DNA of 64,000 bases from Minisyncoccota bacterium. Its GTDB lineage: Bacteria > Patescibacteriota > Minisyncoccia > Phycocordibacterales > UBA9973. A program made the position numbers and the translations under genes. The notes under the pieces were generated by a model. It ran no database searches. It was given only the letters and a program-made list of their open reading frames with translations, and was not told the origin of the DNA. This document shows positions 1 through 9,652 of the stretch, one piece after another. Location of the stretch: positions 6,124 to 70,123 of the forward strand of contig DASTLQ010000011.1 in NCBI GenBank assembly GCA_035714785.1. The letters run 5' to 3'. Positions within the stretch are counted from its first letter, which is position 1, and each line of letters starts with the position of its first letter.

Positions 1-308
1 ATGACTCAATCATAGACGTAGGTGAAGAGAGCTTGGAAAAATTAGCTGAGCTGGCGGTGGATGCAAAAATGGTTTTGTGGAATGGGCCTCTCGGTAAATA
101 TGAAGATGGAGGTGATGTTTCTACAAAAAAATTACTTCAGGTAGTTTCCCGCACTCGCGGTGAAAGTATCATCGGGGGAGGAGATACAGTGGCAGTGCTT
201 TCAGAGATGAAGCTTGAGAAAAAATTTACCTTCGTATCTACGGGCGGTGGAGCTACCCTAGACTTTTTAGCCAAAGGGACCTTGCCAGGAATTAAGGCGT
301 TAGACTAA
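1..308 (+). CDS. pgk: phosphoglycerate kinase, C-terminal fragment (5' end upstream of window)
   Basis: Frame is open from the window edge. The translation has ..LWNGPLGKYE..GGGDTVAV..STGGGATLDFLAKG.., typical of the PGK C-terminal domain. Stop at 306-308. Confidence 0.8.
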   Translation, partial: DSIIDVGEESLEKLAELAVDAKMVLWNGPLGKYEDGGDVSTKKLLQVVSRTRGESIIGGGDTVAVLSEMKLEKKFTFVSTGGGATLDFLAKGTLPGIKALD

Positions 309-715
309 AGCGCTTTCGTGATTTTTTGGGCGACCTCTTCTTTTTCGCCTTCGTGATAGTCTCGTCGGCCTTTCCAGGTGCCGAAACCGTCGTCACTTTT
401 TCGTGGAATTACGTGAACGTGTGAATGGAAAATCACCTGACCCGCTGCAGGGTGATTGTTCATAGTCACATTTATGCCATCTGCTTGCATGGATTCTTTG
501 ATCGCTAAGCTTAGATGCTTGGCTACTCTCATGAGTTCGCACATGATTTCTTCAGGAGTTTCAAAAATATTTGGGTAGTGTTCTTTTGGTATGACTAGGG
601 AGTGACCGATATTTACAGGCTTGGCATCTAGGAGTGCTAGCACTTTGTCGTTTTCGTATAGTTTGTAGCTCGGAATTTCTCCTTTTACAATTTTGCAAAA
701 TATGCAGTCTTCCAT
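305..715 (-). CDS. HIT family (histidine triad) hydrolase
   Basis: MEDCIFCKI.. N-terminus and the HSHVHVIPR histidine triad motif. The ORF track extends to 733; the M at 715 matches HIT N-termini better (alternative start 733). Confidence 0.8.
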   Translation of the reverse strand: MEDCIFCKIVKGEIPSYKLYENDKVLALLDAKPVNIGHSLVIPKEHYPNIFETPEEIMCELMRVAKHLSLAIKESMQADGINVTMNNHPAAGQVIFHSHVHVIPRKSDDGFGTWKGRRDYHEGEKEEVAQKITKAL

Positions 716-740
716 GCTGGCATTATACCACACCCCAAAA

Positions 741-803
741 GTGTAAGGGGACCCCTTACATGTTATCCACAGTGTAAGGGGTCCCCTTGCATGTTATCCA
801 CAG
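741..803. repeat. palindromic repeat family A, two tandem 31-bp units (GTGTAAGGGGWCCCCTTRCATGTTATCCACA)
   Basis: Core palindrome GTAAGGGGACCCCTTAC followed by DnaA-box 9-mer TTATCCACA, twice. Divergent HIT/recJ intergenic region. Confidence 0.9.
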
Positions 804-822
804 GTTGGACGGGTATGGTAGA

Positions 823-2574
823 ATGGCAATTATGCACCAATACGGCGAGCTTTTGAAAAACTTGCTAGAAAATAGAGGCCTCTCTGATGAAAAGCAAGCC
901 GAAATATTCCTAAACCCTAGCTATGAGCGAGATTTTCATGATCCTTTTTTAATGAAAGACATGCAGAAGGCATGTACCCGTATTCTCGAGGCCATTGATA
1001 AAAATGAAAAAACGGTGGTCTATGCTGACTATGACTGTGACGGAATCCCTGGAGCCGTGATCCTAAACGATCTTTTTAAAAAGCTCGGATATGCCAATTT
1101 TGAAATTTATATTCCCGAACGAAATGCTGAGGGGTATGGACTAAACGAAGATGCCTTAAATCAGTTTGCCGAAAGCGGGACTCGGCTCCTCATCACTGTG
1201 GACCTCGGAATTACGGCCAAGGCTGAAGTAGAATACGCAAAGACAAAGGGGATAGATGTGATTATTACCGATCACCATATTCCTCCAGAGTCTTTATCTC
1301 CGGGTGAAAGTGGATTGCCAGATGCGGTGGCGATTTTGAATCCAAAGACAGATGAGTATCCAGAAAAAATGCTCTGCGGGGCAGGAGTGGTTTTTAAGTT
1401 GGCACAGGGTTTGGTAAAAATTTTAGAGATCAAAAGAAGCACGGAAGGAGACGCCGGAGACAAAAAAAGCGGCACGAGCTTGGAAAGCAAAGTTTCCCCT
1501 GGCTGGGAAAAGTGGTTACTCGACATGGCAGGGCTCGCTACTCTTTCGGATATGGTTCCACTTACTGGTGAAAATCGGGCCATCGCGCATTTTGGAATAA
1601 AAGTTTTACGAAAATCCCCTAGGCCGGGTTTGCAAAAACTTTTACAAAAAATGAAAATTGATCAGCGATACCTCACCGCTGACGATTTGGCTTTCATGGT
1701 GACGCCCAAGATTAATGCTGCTTCCCGGATGGATAGTCCTCATCGAGCATACGAGCTTCTTTCGACTGACGATGTGACCGAAGGGGGAGCGCTCGCGGAT
1801 CATCTTTCAAAAATAAACGATGAGAGAAAAACTCTAGTGACCGGCATCATGCGTGAAGTGAATAAAAATTTTGAAAAAAGAAAATTGGAAGAAAAAATAG
1901 GCGACGTGATCGTAATCGGTAATCCGACATGGAAAGTAGGAGTGCTCGGTTTGGTGGCGAGCCGTATCTCGGAAGAATATGAGCGCCCTGTGTTTGTATG
2001 GGGGGCGGACGAAAAAGATTGTATTCGAGGGTCTTGCCGATCTGATGGCTCCGTTTCTTTAGTGGAGCTCATGACGGCTACCCGAGATTGCTTTACCGAG
2101 TTTGGAGGGCACGAGATGGCGGGCGGTTTTTCTTTGGTGCGTGAGAAAGTGCATTTTTTGGAAGAAACTCTTTCGACAGCTTTTGCTAAAGTGAAAAAAG
2201 ATAAAGTCGGTGATCATGTGGCGTATGATATAAAAATGACTCTCCGCGAAGTGAATCGCAGAAACTGGCAGGAGATTGAAAAAATGGAACCCTTTGGTCT
2301 GGGCAATCACAAGCCTGTTTTTCTTTTTGAATCGGTAAAGATAGATGAAGTAAAAAAGTTTGGAAAAAATGGCGGAGAACATTTAGAGATTTCTTTTTCG
2401 GATGCAAGTGGTGGCAGGGTGAAGGCGATTTCATTTTTCTCAGGTGAAGATTCCTTTTCAGCGGCGGGTGCAACTTTGCAAAATGGAGGAGTAGTAAACT
2501 TGATTGCTACTTTCGACCTGTCACGTTTTCGAGGAAGAGAAGAGCTTCGACTCCGGATAGTTGATATAATATAA
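823..2574 (+). CDS. recJ: single-stranded-DNA-specific exonuclease RecJ (DHH/DHHA1)
   Basis: DYDCDGI, ITDHH and GGHEMAGG (DHHA1) motifs. The ORF track start at 787 lies inside the palindromic repeat (MHVIHR derives from ATGTTATCCACAGG), so the start is moved to the ATG at 823. Confidence 0.85.
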   Translation: MAIMHQYGELLKNLLENRGLSDEKQAEIFLNPSYERDFHDPFLMKDMQKACTRILEAIDKNEKTVVYADYDCDGIPGAVILNDLFKKLGYANFEIYIPERNAEGYGLNEDALNQFAESGTRLLITVDLGITAKAEVEYAKTKGIDVIITDHHIPPESLSPGESGLPDAVAILNPKTDEYPEKMLCGAGVVFKLAQGLVKILEIKRSTEGDAGDKKSGTSLESKVSPGWEKWLLDMAGLATLSDMVPLTGENRAIAHFGIKVLRKSPRPGLQKLLQKMKIDQRYLTADDLAFMVTPKINAASRMDSPHRAYELLSTDDVTEGGALADHLSKINDERKTLVTGIMREVNKNFEKRKLEEKIGDVIVIGNPTWKVGVLGLVASRISEEYERPVFVWGADEKDCIRGSCRSDGSVSLVELMTATRDCFTEFGGHEMAGGFSLVREKVHFLEETLSTAFAKVKKDKVGDHVAYDIKMTLREVNRRNWQEIEKMEPFGLGNHKPVFLFESVKIDEVKKFGKNGGEHLEISFSDASGGRVKAISFFSGEDSFSAAGATLQNGGVVNLIATFDLSRFRGREELRLRIVDII

Positions 2575-2615
2575 TCGAGTAAAATATAAAATAAAAAGCC
2601 AGAATAAAAGCAAAA

Positions 2616-3128
2616 ATGAAAAACGAAAAAATCACAATTTATACAGATGGATCAGCACGAGGAAATCCCGGCAAGGCGGGGTGGGGAGTAGTTTTTATTA
2701 GTGGAGATAAGGTGTGGGAGATGGGAGGTAGAAGCGAACATGCTACCAACAATCAAATGGAGCTTACTGCTGCCATTGAGGCCCTTCGACATGTGAAAAA
2801 GAGCAGTGGGGCTAGGGGGGCCACCAGCAAAGAAACTACGGCAAGGAATGGCGCAGAAAACCCCACGGTAGAAATTTTTTCTGATTCTAAATATGTGATT
2901 TTAGGTGTGACCGAATGGATTCATGGATGGATAAAAAATGGATGGAGAAATGCAGCCAAGAAGCCTGTACTAAATCGCGAGCTTTGGGAAGAGTTGCACG
3001 AGCTAAATAAAGAAGTGAAACCAAAATGGTCGTACGTCGCCGGCCACGCCGACAGTGTTTACAACAACCGCGCAGACGAGATTGCTACGAGTTATGCGGA
3101 TAATCTACCAATGAAGCTAAAAACATGA
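2616..3128 (+). CDS. rnhA: ribonuclease HI
   Basis: DGSARGNPG..TNNQMELTAAIEAL..SDSKYV..GHADSVYNNRADEIA catalytic motifs. Carries a ~25 aa Gly/Ala/Thr-rich insertion (SSGARGATSKETTARNGAENPTVE). Confidence 0.85.
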   Translation: MKNEKITIYTDGSARGNPGKAGWGVVFISGDKVWEMGGRSEHATNNQMELTAAIEALRHVKKSSGARGATSKETTARNGAENPTVEIFSDSKYVILGVTEWIHGWIKNGWRNAAKKPVLNRELWEELHELNKEVKPKWSYVAGHADSVYNNRADEIATSYADNLPMKLKT

Positions 3129-3138
3129 TCATGAAAAA

Positions 3139-4659
3139 ATGAGGGACAAAATATTTTATAGTGTATGTTTCGGATTTCTTTTAGGAACGCTTATGCGTTC
3201 TTTTGTTTTTATGGAACCATATATTTTTTTCGTGCTCGCGTGTGGGCTTGCGCTTCTAGGTGTAAGGGGACCCCCTACACCTAGCTTGCATGCAAGGGGT
3301 CCCCTTACCCCCGCCACCTCCTTTGCCCTTCCCCGATTATCTGCCCGAGAGTTCCAGGCCTGTTTATCCGTTATATTTTTATGTTTTGGTTTGGGAGTTC
3401 TCCGGTTCCAATTTGCGGACAAAATGTTCCCGGCCGTTTTTGAAACTATGGCTGAGACAAAGATTGAGATCACTGGCACTATAATAGATGAACCAGACGT
3501 GCGGGAAAATAATCAGAAACTGACTGTCGAGATTTCTAAAGAAAATCAAAAGACTCGCATACTCGTGAATACAGGTTTAGAAAAATATTTTCACTACGGT
3601 GATGAGATTTTTTTGGCGGGCAAATTTGAGAAACCAAAAAATTTTCTTCCAAAAGAAGACGAGCCTGAAGCTCGAGAGTTTGATTATGTTTCGTATCTTC
3701 GAAAAGACGGAATCGGCTATATGATGAATTATCCAAAAATAGAAATTACAGGGAAGGGGAAAGGAAATCCAATCAGAGGATTTCTTTTTAGTACAAAAGA
3801 AAAATTTGTTCACAATATTGCTGTTACCGTGCGGAGCCCTGAGTCACTTCTGCTTGGTGGTCTAATTCTTGGGGAACGATCTTCTTTTGATAAGGAGATG
3901 CGACAAAAATTTATTGACACTGGTACCATCCATATCGTGGCACTTTCTGGATACAATGTCACAATTATTTCTGAGTGGATTATAAAAATATTTTCCTTTC
4001 TTCCACAGGCATTCGCGCTTAGTTTTGGAATCTTGGGAATTATTTTGTTTGTTACGATGACGGGCGGACACGCCACCGCTGTGCGAGCAGGAATCATGGC
4101 AGTACTCGCTCTCATCGCTCGGGCGACGGGGCGCAATTATGATGTAGCTAGAGGAATTGTTTTGGCAGCTGTGGTGATGGTTTTAATAAGCCCGCATGTG
4201 CTCGTCTATGATGTCTCCTTTCAGCTTTCATTCATCGCTACGATAGCTGTTATTTTTGTTTCACCAAAGATGGAAAAATATTTCTTGTGGATTCCTGCTA
4301 AATGGCTTCGCGATATCACGGCCACAACTTTTTCTGCATATATATTTGTACTACCTTTCGTTCTGTATAAAATGGGGAACCTTTCTTTGGTCGCCCTTCC
4401 TGCCAATGTTTTGGTACTGCCTACAATTCCCTTCACTATGGTGCTAGGTTTTATGACAGGGTTTGCAGAAATTTTCTCACCAATCCTCTCTGCTCCTTTT
4501 GCTTACGTTGCATATCTTTTGCTTCATTATCAACTCGGGGTGATAGATTTTTTTGCAAAGATTCCGTTCTCCGCATTTATGGTGCCGAGTTTTTCGTTTG
4601 TTTTTGTATTTCTTACTTACGCAATTTTCGCGTATCTATATTTTAGGAAACGTTCTTGA
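3139..4659 (+). CDS. comEC: ComEC/Rec2 competence channel protein, N-terminal DUF4131 + competence domain (no MBL domain)
   Basis: Multi-pass membrane protein with GTIHIVALSGYNVTII (compare ComEC HLLAISGLH). The N-terminal TM region contains an in-frame copy of the palindromic repeat (3259-3312, ..VRGPPTPSLHARGPLTP..). Confidence 0.7.
   Translation: MRDKIFYSVCFGFLLGTLMRSFVFMEPYIFFVLACGLALLGVRGPPTPSLHARGPLTPATSFALPRLSAREFQACLSVIFLCFGLGVLRFQFADKMFPAVFETMAETKIEITGTIIDEPDVRENNQKLTVEISKENQKTRILVNTGLEKYFHYGDEIFLAGKFEKPKNFLPKEDEPEAREFDYVSYLRKDGIGYMMNYPKIEITGKGKGNPIRGFLFSTKEKFVHNIAVTVRSPESLLLGGLILGERSSFDKEMRQKFIDTGTIHIVALSGYNVTIISEWIIKIFSFLPQAFALSFGILGIILFVTMTGGHATAVRAGIMAVLALIARATGRNYDVARGIVLAAVVMVLISPHVLVYDVSFQLSFIATIAVIFVSPKMEKYFLWIPAKWLRDITATTFSAYIFVLPFVLYKMGNLSLVALPANVLVLPTIPFTMVLGFMTGFAEIFSPILSAPFAYVAYLLLHYQLGVIDFFAKIPFSAFMVPSFSFVFVFLTYAIFAYLYFRKRS
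3259..3312. repeat. palindromic repeat family A copy inside comEC coding sequence (in frame)
   Basis: GGTGTAAGGGGACCCCCTACACCTAGCTTGCATGCAAGGGGTCCCCTTACCCCC; translated VRGPPTPSLHARGPLTP. Confidence 0.85.
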
Positions 4660-4681
4660 AATCACAGAAAAAACGCGAACC

Positions 4682-5275
4682 TTAGGAAACTTTCTTGAAA
4701 TTTTCTTCGATCGATCCCCAGTTTAGATTTTCAAAAAAAGCTTCCACGTATTTTTTCTTTTCGGAAGTAGGATAGTCGTAAACATATGCGTGCTCCCACA
4801 TATCGAGTCCCAAAATCCAATCCACTCCGTTTAGTTGCCCTATGTGTTGCTCGTCTATCCATACATGTACAAATTGTTTCAGTTGTCGATCCCAGCCGAG
4901 TACTGCCCATCCCACACCTCGGGTAGTAGCCAAAATTTTGAAGCTGGCTAGCCATCCATCAAACGAAGAAAATTGTTTTTCAATTTCGCTACGAAAAGCT
5001 GAGTCGGATGATAGAGGTTTCGCTCCTCCTTCGAGCGAGCGGAAATAGTATTCGTGGTTTCTCATACCGTTGTACTCAAATCCAAATCTTCTCTGTAGTT
5101 CTCCGATCACGTAAGTGTTAGCTTCTGGATCTACCATGTAGCCGGTAATTTTTTCCTGAATCAGGTTTGCGTGTTTCACATACCCAGCGTAGAGCTTTAA
5201 ATGCTCTTCAATGTTTTTGGCTGAAATCCCTGAAAGCTCACCAATTTTAAATTTTTGTTCTTCAAATTTTTGCAT
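4682..5275 (-). CDS. sodA: Fe/Mn superoxide dismutase
   Basis: Fe/Mn-SOD signature DMWEHAYY; 197 aa. Confidence 0.9.
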   Translation of the reverse strand: MQKFEEQKFKIGELSGISAKNIEEHLKLYAGYVKHANLIQEKITGYMVDPEANTYVIGELQRRFGFEYNGMRNHEYYFRSLEGGAKPLSSDSAFRSEIEKQFSSFDGWLASFKILATTRGVGWAVLGWDRQLKQFVHVWIDEQHIGQLNGVDWILGLDMWEHAYVYDYPTSEKKKYVEAFFENLNWGSIEENFKKVS

Positions 5276-5355
5276 ATAGTTTTTATCTAATATTTATAAT
5301 TTTATGTTTAAATTGTGACGCTTGGTCGCTTTAATAATTACACAAAAAGTATAAC

Positions 5356-6252
5356 ATGCCGAACCGTCGAAAAAACTCAAAGGTCCTATACGTCGTGTTT
5401 TTCCTGTTGCTCTTAAATGTGTTCTTATTTGTTCATGATAGGCGGGATTCAGATAGGGGGCTTGTGTTTGCTATGTTGGATGTTGGGCAAGGAGATGCAC
5501 TATATATAGAGTCACCGACTGGCACACAGGTGTTAGTAGATGGAGGACCTCTGCGGAAAATTCTTGGAAAGCTTTCCGAGGTGATGCCTTCGTATGATCG
5601 CAAGATAGATGCCCTCATCATGACTCATTCAGACTCGGATCATATTTCGGGTTTCAGTGAAGTCCTGTCGGCGTATGAGGTTGGACAAATGTTTGAACCG
5701 GGCGTGGCCACTGATTCTCTAATTTATGAAAATCTAAAAAAAGAATTAGAAGAAAAAAAGATTCCAAGCGTGATTGCACGAAAGGGAATGCGACTCCATC
5801 TCGGTGGTGGTGCCGTGATTGATATAATTTTTCCAGATAGAGATGTGTATGATTGGGAGACAAATATGGCCTCTCTAGTTTTGAAACTCACCTATGGAGA
5901 TGTTTCCTTCATGCTCACCGGAGATGCTTTGATCGAAACTGAAGAATTGATTTTAAAAGAAACGCCAGCAGAATTTTTAAAAAGCACATATCTAAAAGCT
6001 GGACATCATGGTTCAAAAACTTCCACTTCGCAGAAATTCGCTGAAGCAGTTTCTCCGGAGTACGCGTTAATTTCTGCGGGAAGGGAGAACAACTACGGCC
6101 ACCCGCATCCCGAGGTTTTAGAGATTTTAAAAAGTATAGGTGCACAGATTTTACGCACTGACCATTCTGGCACCCTGTGGATAAAGTGTAAGGGGACCCC
6201 TTACCCCAACATGCAAGGGGACCCCTTGCATGTTATCCACAGGTTCCTATGA
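5356..6252 (+). CDS. ComEC-type metallo-beta-lactamase domain protein (stand-alone MBL half of ComEC)
   Basis: N-terminal TM, then LDVGQGDALYIESPTGTQVLVDGG and HSDSDHISG (MBL HxHxDH). The C-terminal 20 aa (LWIKCKGTPYPNMQGDPLHVIHRFL) are encoded by the palindromic repeat 6185-6243. Confidence 0.75.
   Translation: MPNRRKNSKVLYVVFFLLLLNVFLFVHDRRDSDRGLVFAMLDVGQGDALYIESPTGTQVLVDGGPLRKILGKLSEVMPSYDRKIDALIMTHSDSDHISGFSEVLSAYEVGQMFEPGVATDSLIYENLKKELEEKKIPSVIARKGMRLHLGGGAVIDIIFPDRDVYDWETNMASLVLKLTYGDVSFMLTGDALIETEELILKETPAEFLKSTYLKAGHHGSKTSTSQKFAEAVSPEYALISAGRENNYGHPHPEVLEILKSIGAQILRTDHSGTLWIKCKGTPYPNMQGDPLHVIHRFL
6185..6243. repeat. palindromic repeat family A copy forming the 3' coding tail of the ComEC-MBL ORF
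   Basis: AGTGTAAGGGGACCCCTTACCCCAACATGCAAGGGGACCCCTTGCATGTTATCCACAGG. Confidence 0.85.
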
Positions 6253-6264
6253 TAGAATGAATCC

Positions 6265-7509
6265 ATGAAAGACAAAACACTAGAAAAGTTAATCAAGGGC
6301 GAAGCCAAAAGGCAGGCAGAAGGGCTTGAGCTAATCCCTTCCGAAAACTATGTTTCAGAGGACGTGCTCCTAGCAAACGGCTCTATTTTTACCAACAAAT
6401 ATTCCGAGGGCTACCCAGGTCGCCGATACTATGGAGGGCAAGAATTCACAGACCAAGTAGAAACTCTAGCTATTGAGCGTGTAAAGAAACTTTTCAAGTG
6501 TAAGTTTGCAAACGTTCAGCCCCACTCTGGAGCTCCTGCAAATCTTGCGGTTTACGCTGCACTTCTTTCGCCTGGGGACACCGTTCTTGGAATGGACCTT
6601 TCTCATGGTGGGCATCTTACTCATGGACACCCTATGACCCTGCCCGCAAAGATTTACAACTTCGTCACTTATAAAATGAAAAATCCTGAAACGGGGGAGA
6701 TAGACTACGAGGATCTTCGCAGAGTGGCGCTTGAGACTAGACCCAAAATTATTCTTGCTGGTTTTTCTGCATACCCTCGTACACTCAACTACAAAAAATT
6801 TGTGGAAATTGCCAAGGAGGTGGATGCAATCACAATGGCAGATATGGCTCACATCGCTGGACTGATTGCTGCAAAAGTTTTACGCAATCCATTTGACGAT
6901 GGTTTTGATATTATCACTTCCACTACTCACAAAACACTTCGCGGTCCGCGCGGAGGTATTATTCTAGTTAGAGAAAGTGAAGAGATTGCGAAAAAAATTG
7001 ATAAAGCGATCTTTCCAGGAATTCAAGGTGGTCCGCATATGCATATCATCGCTGCCAAGGCAGTAGCTTTTGGCGAAGCTATGAGTCCAAAGTTTAAACA
7101 GTATGCAAAACAAATTTTGAAAAATGCAAAAGCCATGGAGAAAGTTTTGAAAAAGAATAAAATCCGGATGATCGGGGGAGGGACTGACAACCATCTCATT
7201 CTAGCTGATGTTTTTGGATCACTCGGAGTGACAGGCAAGGAGGCGCAGACCGTGCTCGACGAAGTGGGCATCACTCTCAATATGAATTCGATTGCCGGTG
7301 ATACTCGAAAGCCATTGGATCCTTCGGGTATTCGTTTCGGTACTCCTGCTATTACTACTCGAGGATTTAAAGAAAAAGAATGTGCGAGAGTGGCAGAGCT
7401 TATGATTTCAGTTTTGAAAGACAAAGAAAATGTAAAATTAAAAAAAGCAGTGAAAGCTGAAATTCAAAAAATGGCAAAAAAATTCCCCGTGCCTAAGAGA
7501 TTTGTGTAG
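6265..7509 (+). CDS. glyA: serine hydroxymethyltransferase
   Basis: LELIPSENYVS..YSEGYPGRRYYGG..HLTHG..TTHKTLRGPRGG; 414 aa full-length SHMT. Confidence 0.95.
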   Translation: MKDKTLEKLIKGEAKRQAEGLELIPSENYVSEDVLLANGSIFTNKYSEGYPGRRYYGGQEFTDQVETLAIERVKKLFKCKFANVQPHSGAPANLAVYAALLSPGDTVLGMDLSHGGHLTHGHPMTLPAKIYNFVTYKMKNPETGEIDYEDLRRVALETRPKIILAGFSAYPRTLNYKKFVEIAKEVDAITMADMAHIAGLIAAKVLRNPFDDGFDIITSTTHKTLRGPRGGIILVRESEEIAKKIDKAIFPGIQGGPHMHIIAAKAVAFGEAMSPKFKQYAKQILKNAKAMEKVLKKNKIRMIGGGTDNHLILADVFGSLGVTGKEAQTVLDEVGITLNMNSIAGDTRKPLDPSGIRFGTPAITTRGFKEKECARVAELMISVLKDKENVKLKKAVKAEIQKMAKKFPVPKRFV

Positions 7510-7527
7510 AGAATAATTAAATAAAGA

Positions 7528-8001
7528 ATGTCACACATTCATGAAAAAATAGATTGGACAGTAGAAGTTTTTATTGTTCACAAAAATAGAGTACTTCTTC
7601 GCAAGCATGATAAATACAATATCTGGCTTTCAGTTGGTGGGCACATTGAGCTAGATGAGGATCCAGTCGAAGCAGCCAAGAGGGAAGTGAAAGAAGAAGT
7701 GGGACTAGATGTACAACTCATCGGAAGAGATAAAGGTAAAGGCGATGGAAGCGTAGCAGATCACGGATACTTGGATTTATTGCCACCAAAATACCTCGGA
7801 AGACATCCGATAAATGATAATCACGAACATATTACCTTGGTGTATTTTGCAACAACGGAAACCAGCGAAGCTAGCGACCCAAGTGATATTGAAGATGCGG
7901 AAATATTTTGGGCCACAAAGGAAGACCTTGAAAAGATGGACTTATCTCCAAATGTAAAATGGTATGCCCAGAAAGCTCTAGAAGAATTAAGCACCACATA
8001 G
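7528..8001 (+). CDS. NUDIX hydrolase
   Basis: Nudix box GGHIELDEDPVEAAKREVKEEVGL. Confidence 0.7.
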   Translation: MSHIHEKIDWTVEVFIVHKNRVLLRKHDKYNIWLSVGGHIELDEDPVEAAKREVKEEVGLDVQLIGRDKGKGDGSVADHGYLDLLPPKYLGRHPINDNHEHITLVYFATTETSEASDPSDIEDAEIFWATKEDLEKMDLSPNVKWYAQKALEELSTT

Positions 8002-8033
8002 AAAGTTAACCGTTTTTCTGGTATATTTCTCAT

Positions 8034-8732
8034 ATGGCAAAATTAAATAAACAGGGAAAACTGATCGTAATAGATGGTACGGACGGAAGCGGAAAAGCGA
8101 CTCAGGTAAAGCTATTAGAAAAAAGACTAAAGAAAGAAAAGAGAAAAGTGAAGGTGGTGGATTTCCCTGAATATTATGGAAATTTTTTTGGAGCCTTTAT
8201 TGGGCACTGTCTCTCGGAGCAATACTATAATTGGACAAACATTCATCCCAAGATCGCTTCCATCGCATACGCGGCTGACCGCTGGGAATCTTCGGCACAA
8301 ATTAAAAAATGGCTTGCCGAGGGATACATCGTGCTAGCCAATCGATATGTCAGTGCCAATCAAATCCACCAAGGTGGGAAAATAAAAAATGCATCCAAGC
8401 GTGCGTCTTATTTAAAATGGCTCGAAGAAATGGAGTACGGTGTTTTTAAAATCCCTCGACCCGATCGAGTGGTTTACCTAAATGTTCCAATGAAAGTAAT
8501 TTTAAGATTGATAAAAGAAAGGAATAAAAAAACTGCTCGCGCTTATACGGGAAAGAAAAAGGATATAGTTGAAGGAAATGTGGAATATCTGTCTAACTCC
8601 ACCAAAGCCGCGGAGTGGCTTTCACGAAGAGAAAAGGGTTGGATTAAAATAGATTGCGTAAAAGAGGGGATATTACGCACCCCAGAACTTATCCATGAGG
8701 AGATATATGGGAAGATAAAAATAATTCTATGA
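8034..8732 (+). CDS. tmk: thymidylate kinase
   Basis: P-loop IVIDGTDGSGKATQ typical of dTMP kinase; 232 aa. Confidence 0.8.
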   Translation: MAKLNKQGKLIVIDGTDGSGKATQVKLLEKRLKKEKRKVKVVDFPEYYGNFFGAFIGHCLSEQYYNWTNIHPKIASIAYAADRWESSAQIKKWLAEGYIVLANRYVSANQIHQGGKIKNASKRASYLKWLEEMEYGVFKIPRPDRVVYLNVPMKVILRLIKERNKKTARAYTGKKKDIVEGNVEYLSNSTKAAEWLSRREKGWIKIDCVKEGILRTPELIHEEIYGKIKIIL

Positions 8733-9226
8733 AAATTCCGATAGTAAACAAAAGTGACGAAATAGTGAGATATAAGGAACGCTATGAAACAACGACTGAT
8801 GATATCAGAAGAATTATTATATTACATGTATTTAATGAAAATGATGAAGTACTTCTGGCAAAAAGATGTTCGCAAAAGATAATTGATCCTGACAAATGGG
8901 GACCATCTGTGGCTGGAACAGTAGAAGAGGGTTATGATTATGATTCGACTGTGATAAAAGAAGCAGAAGAAGAAATTGGTTTAAAAAATATAAAACCAAT
9001 TTTTATTACGAAATTATTTTACGAAGTTTCGAATGCAAAGAGATTTGCTGCTGTTTATTATTACCACATAAATTCAAAAGAAAATGAGATTGTCTTGCAA
9101 GAGGAAGAAGTAGCAGAAGTAAAATGGATTGGATTTGAAGAATTAGATAAATGGTTTACAGCAAAACCAGAAGAATTCGTTCCTTCCTTTTCTCGGGCGA
9201 TAGAAACTATAAAAATTGCAATATGA
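8729..9226 (+). CDS. NUDIX hydrolase
   Basis: Nudix-like GTVEEGYDYDSTVIKEAEEEIGL; 4-bp overlap with tmk. Confidence 0.6.
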   Translation: MKIPIVNKSDEIVRYKERYETTTDDIRRIIILHVFNENDEVLLAKRCSQKIIDPDKWGPSVAGTVEEGYDYDSTVIKEAEEEIGLKNIKPIFITKLFYEVSNAKRFAAVYYYHINSKENEIVLQEEEVAEVKWIGFEELDKWFTAKPEEFVPSFSRAIETIKIAI

Positions 9227-9648
9227 TTCTAAAAGTTAAAAAATTAAGAGATGATGCGCGATTGCCGACCCATGGACATATGGGAGACGCGGGTATGGAT
9301 TTCTATGCGATAGAAGAAGTGAGGTTTGCTCCGAGGGAGATGGCGCGCATCCCCACAGGCGTGGCTGTTGAAATTCCCGAAGGACATGTCGGACTGATAT
9401 GGGACAAATCTGGGGTAGCTTTTAATCTTGGATTAAAGATAATGGGCGGAGTGGTGGATTCTGGGTATCGGGGAGAGATCATAATGTGCCTCCTTAATAC
9501 TACCGACAAAGAGGTTATAATAGAGAAAGGACGAAAGGTGGCTCAGATGATAGTGCAAAAATTTGAGCATTGCGAGATTCTAGAGGTGGACGAAGTCTCT
9601 GAAAGTATACGCGGGGAAGGTAGAGAAGGAAGCACGGGACATATGTAA
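9223..9648 (+). CDS. dut: dUTP diphosphatase
   Basis: MILKVKKL..ARLPT.GH.GDAGMDFYA..GVVDSGYRGEI dUTPase motifs. The ORF track start at 9151 is probably an upstream extension; ATG at 9223 chosen. Confidence 0.85.
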   Translation: MILKVKKLRDDARLPTHGHMGDAGMDFYAIEEVRFAPREMARIPTGVAVEIPEGHVGLIWDKSGVAFNLGLKIMGGVVDSGYRGEIIMCLLNTTDKEVIIEKGRKVAQMIVQKFEHCEILEVDEVSESIRGEGREGSTGHM

Positions 9649-9652
9649 AAAA

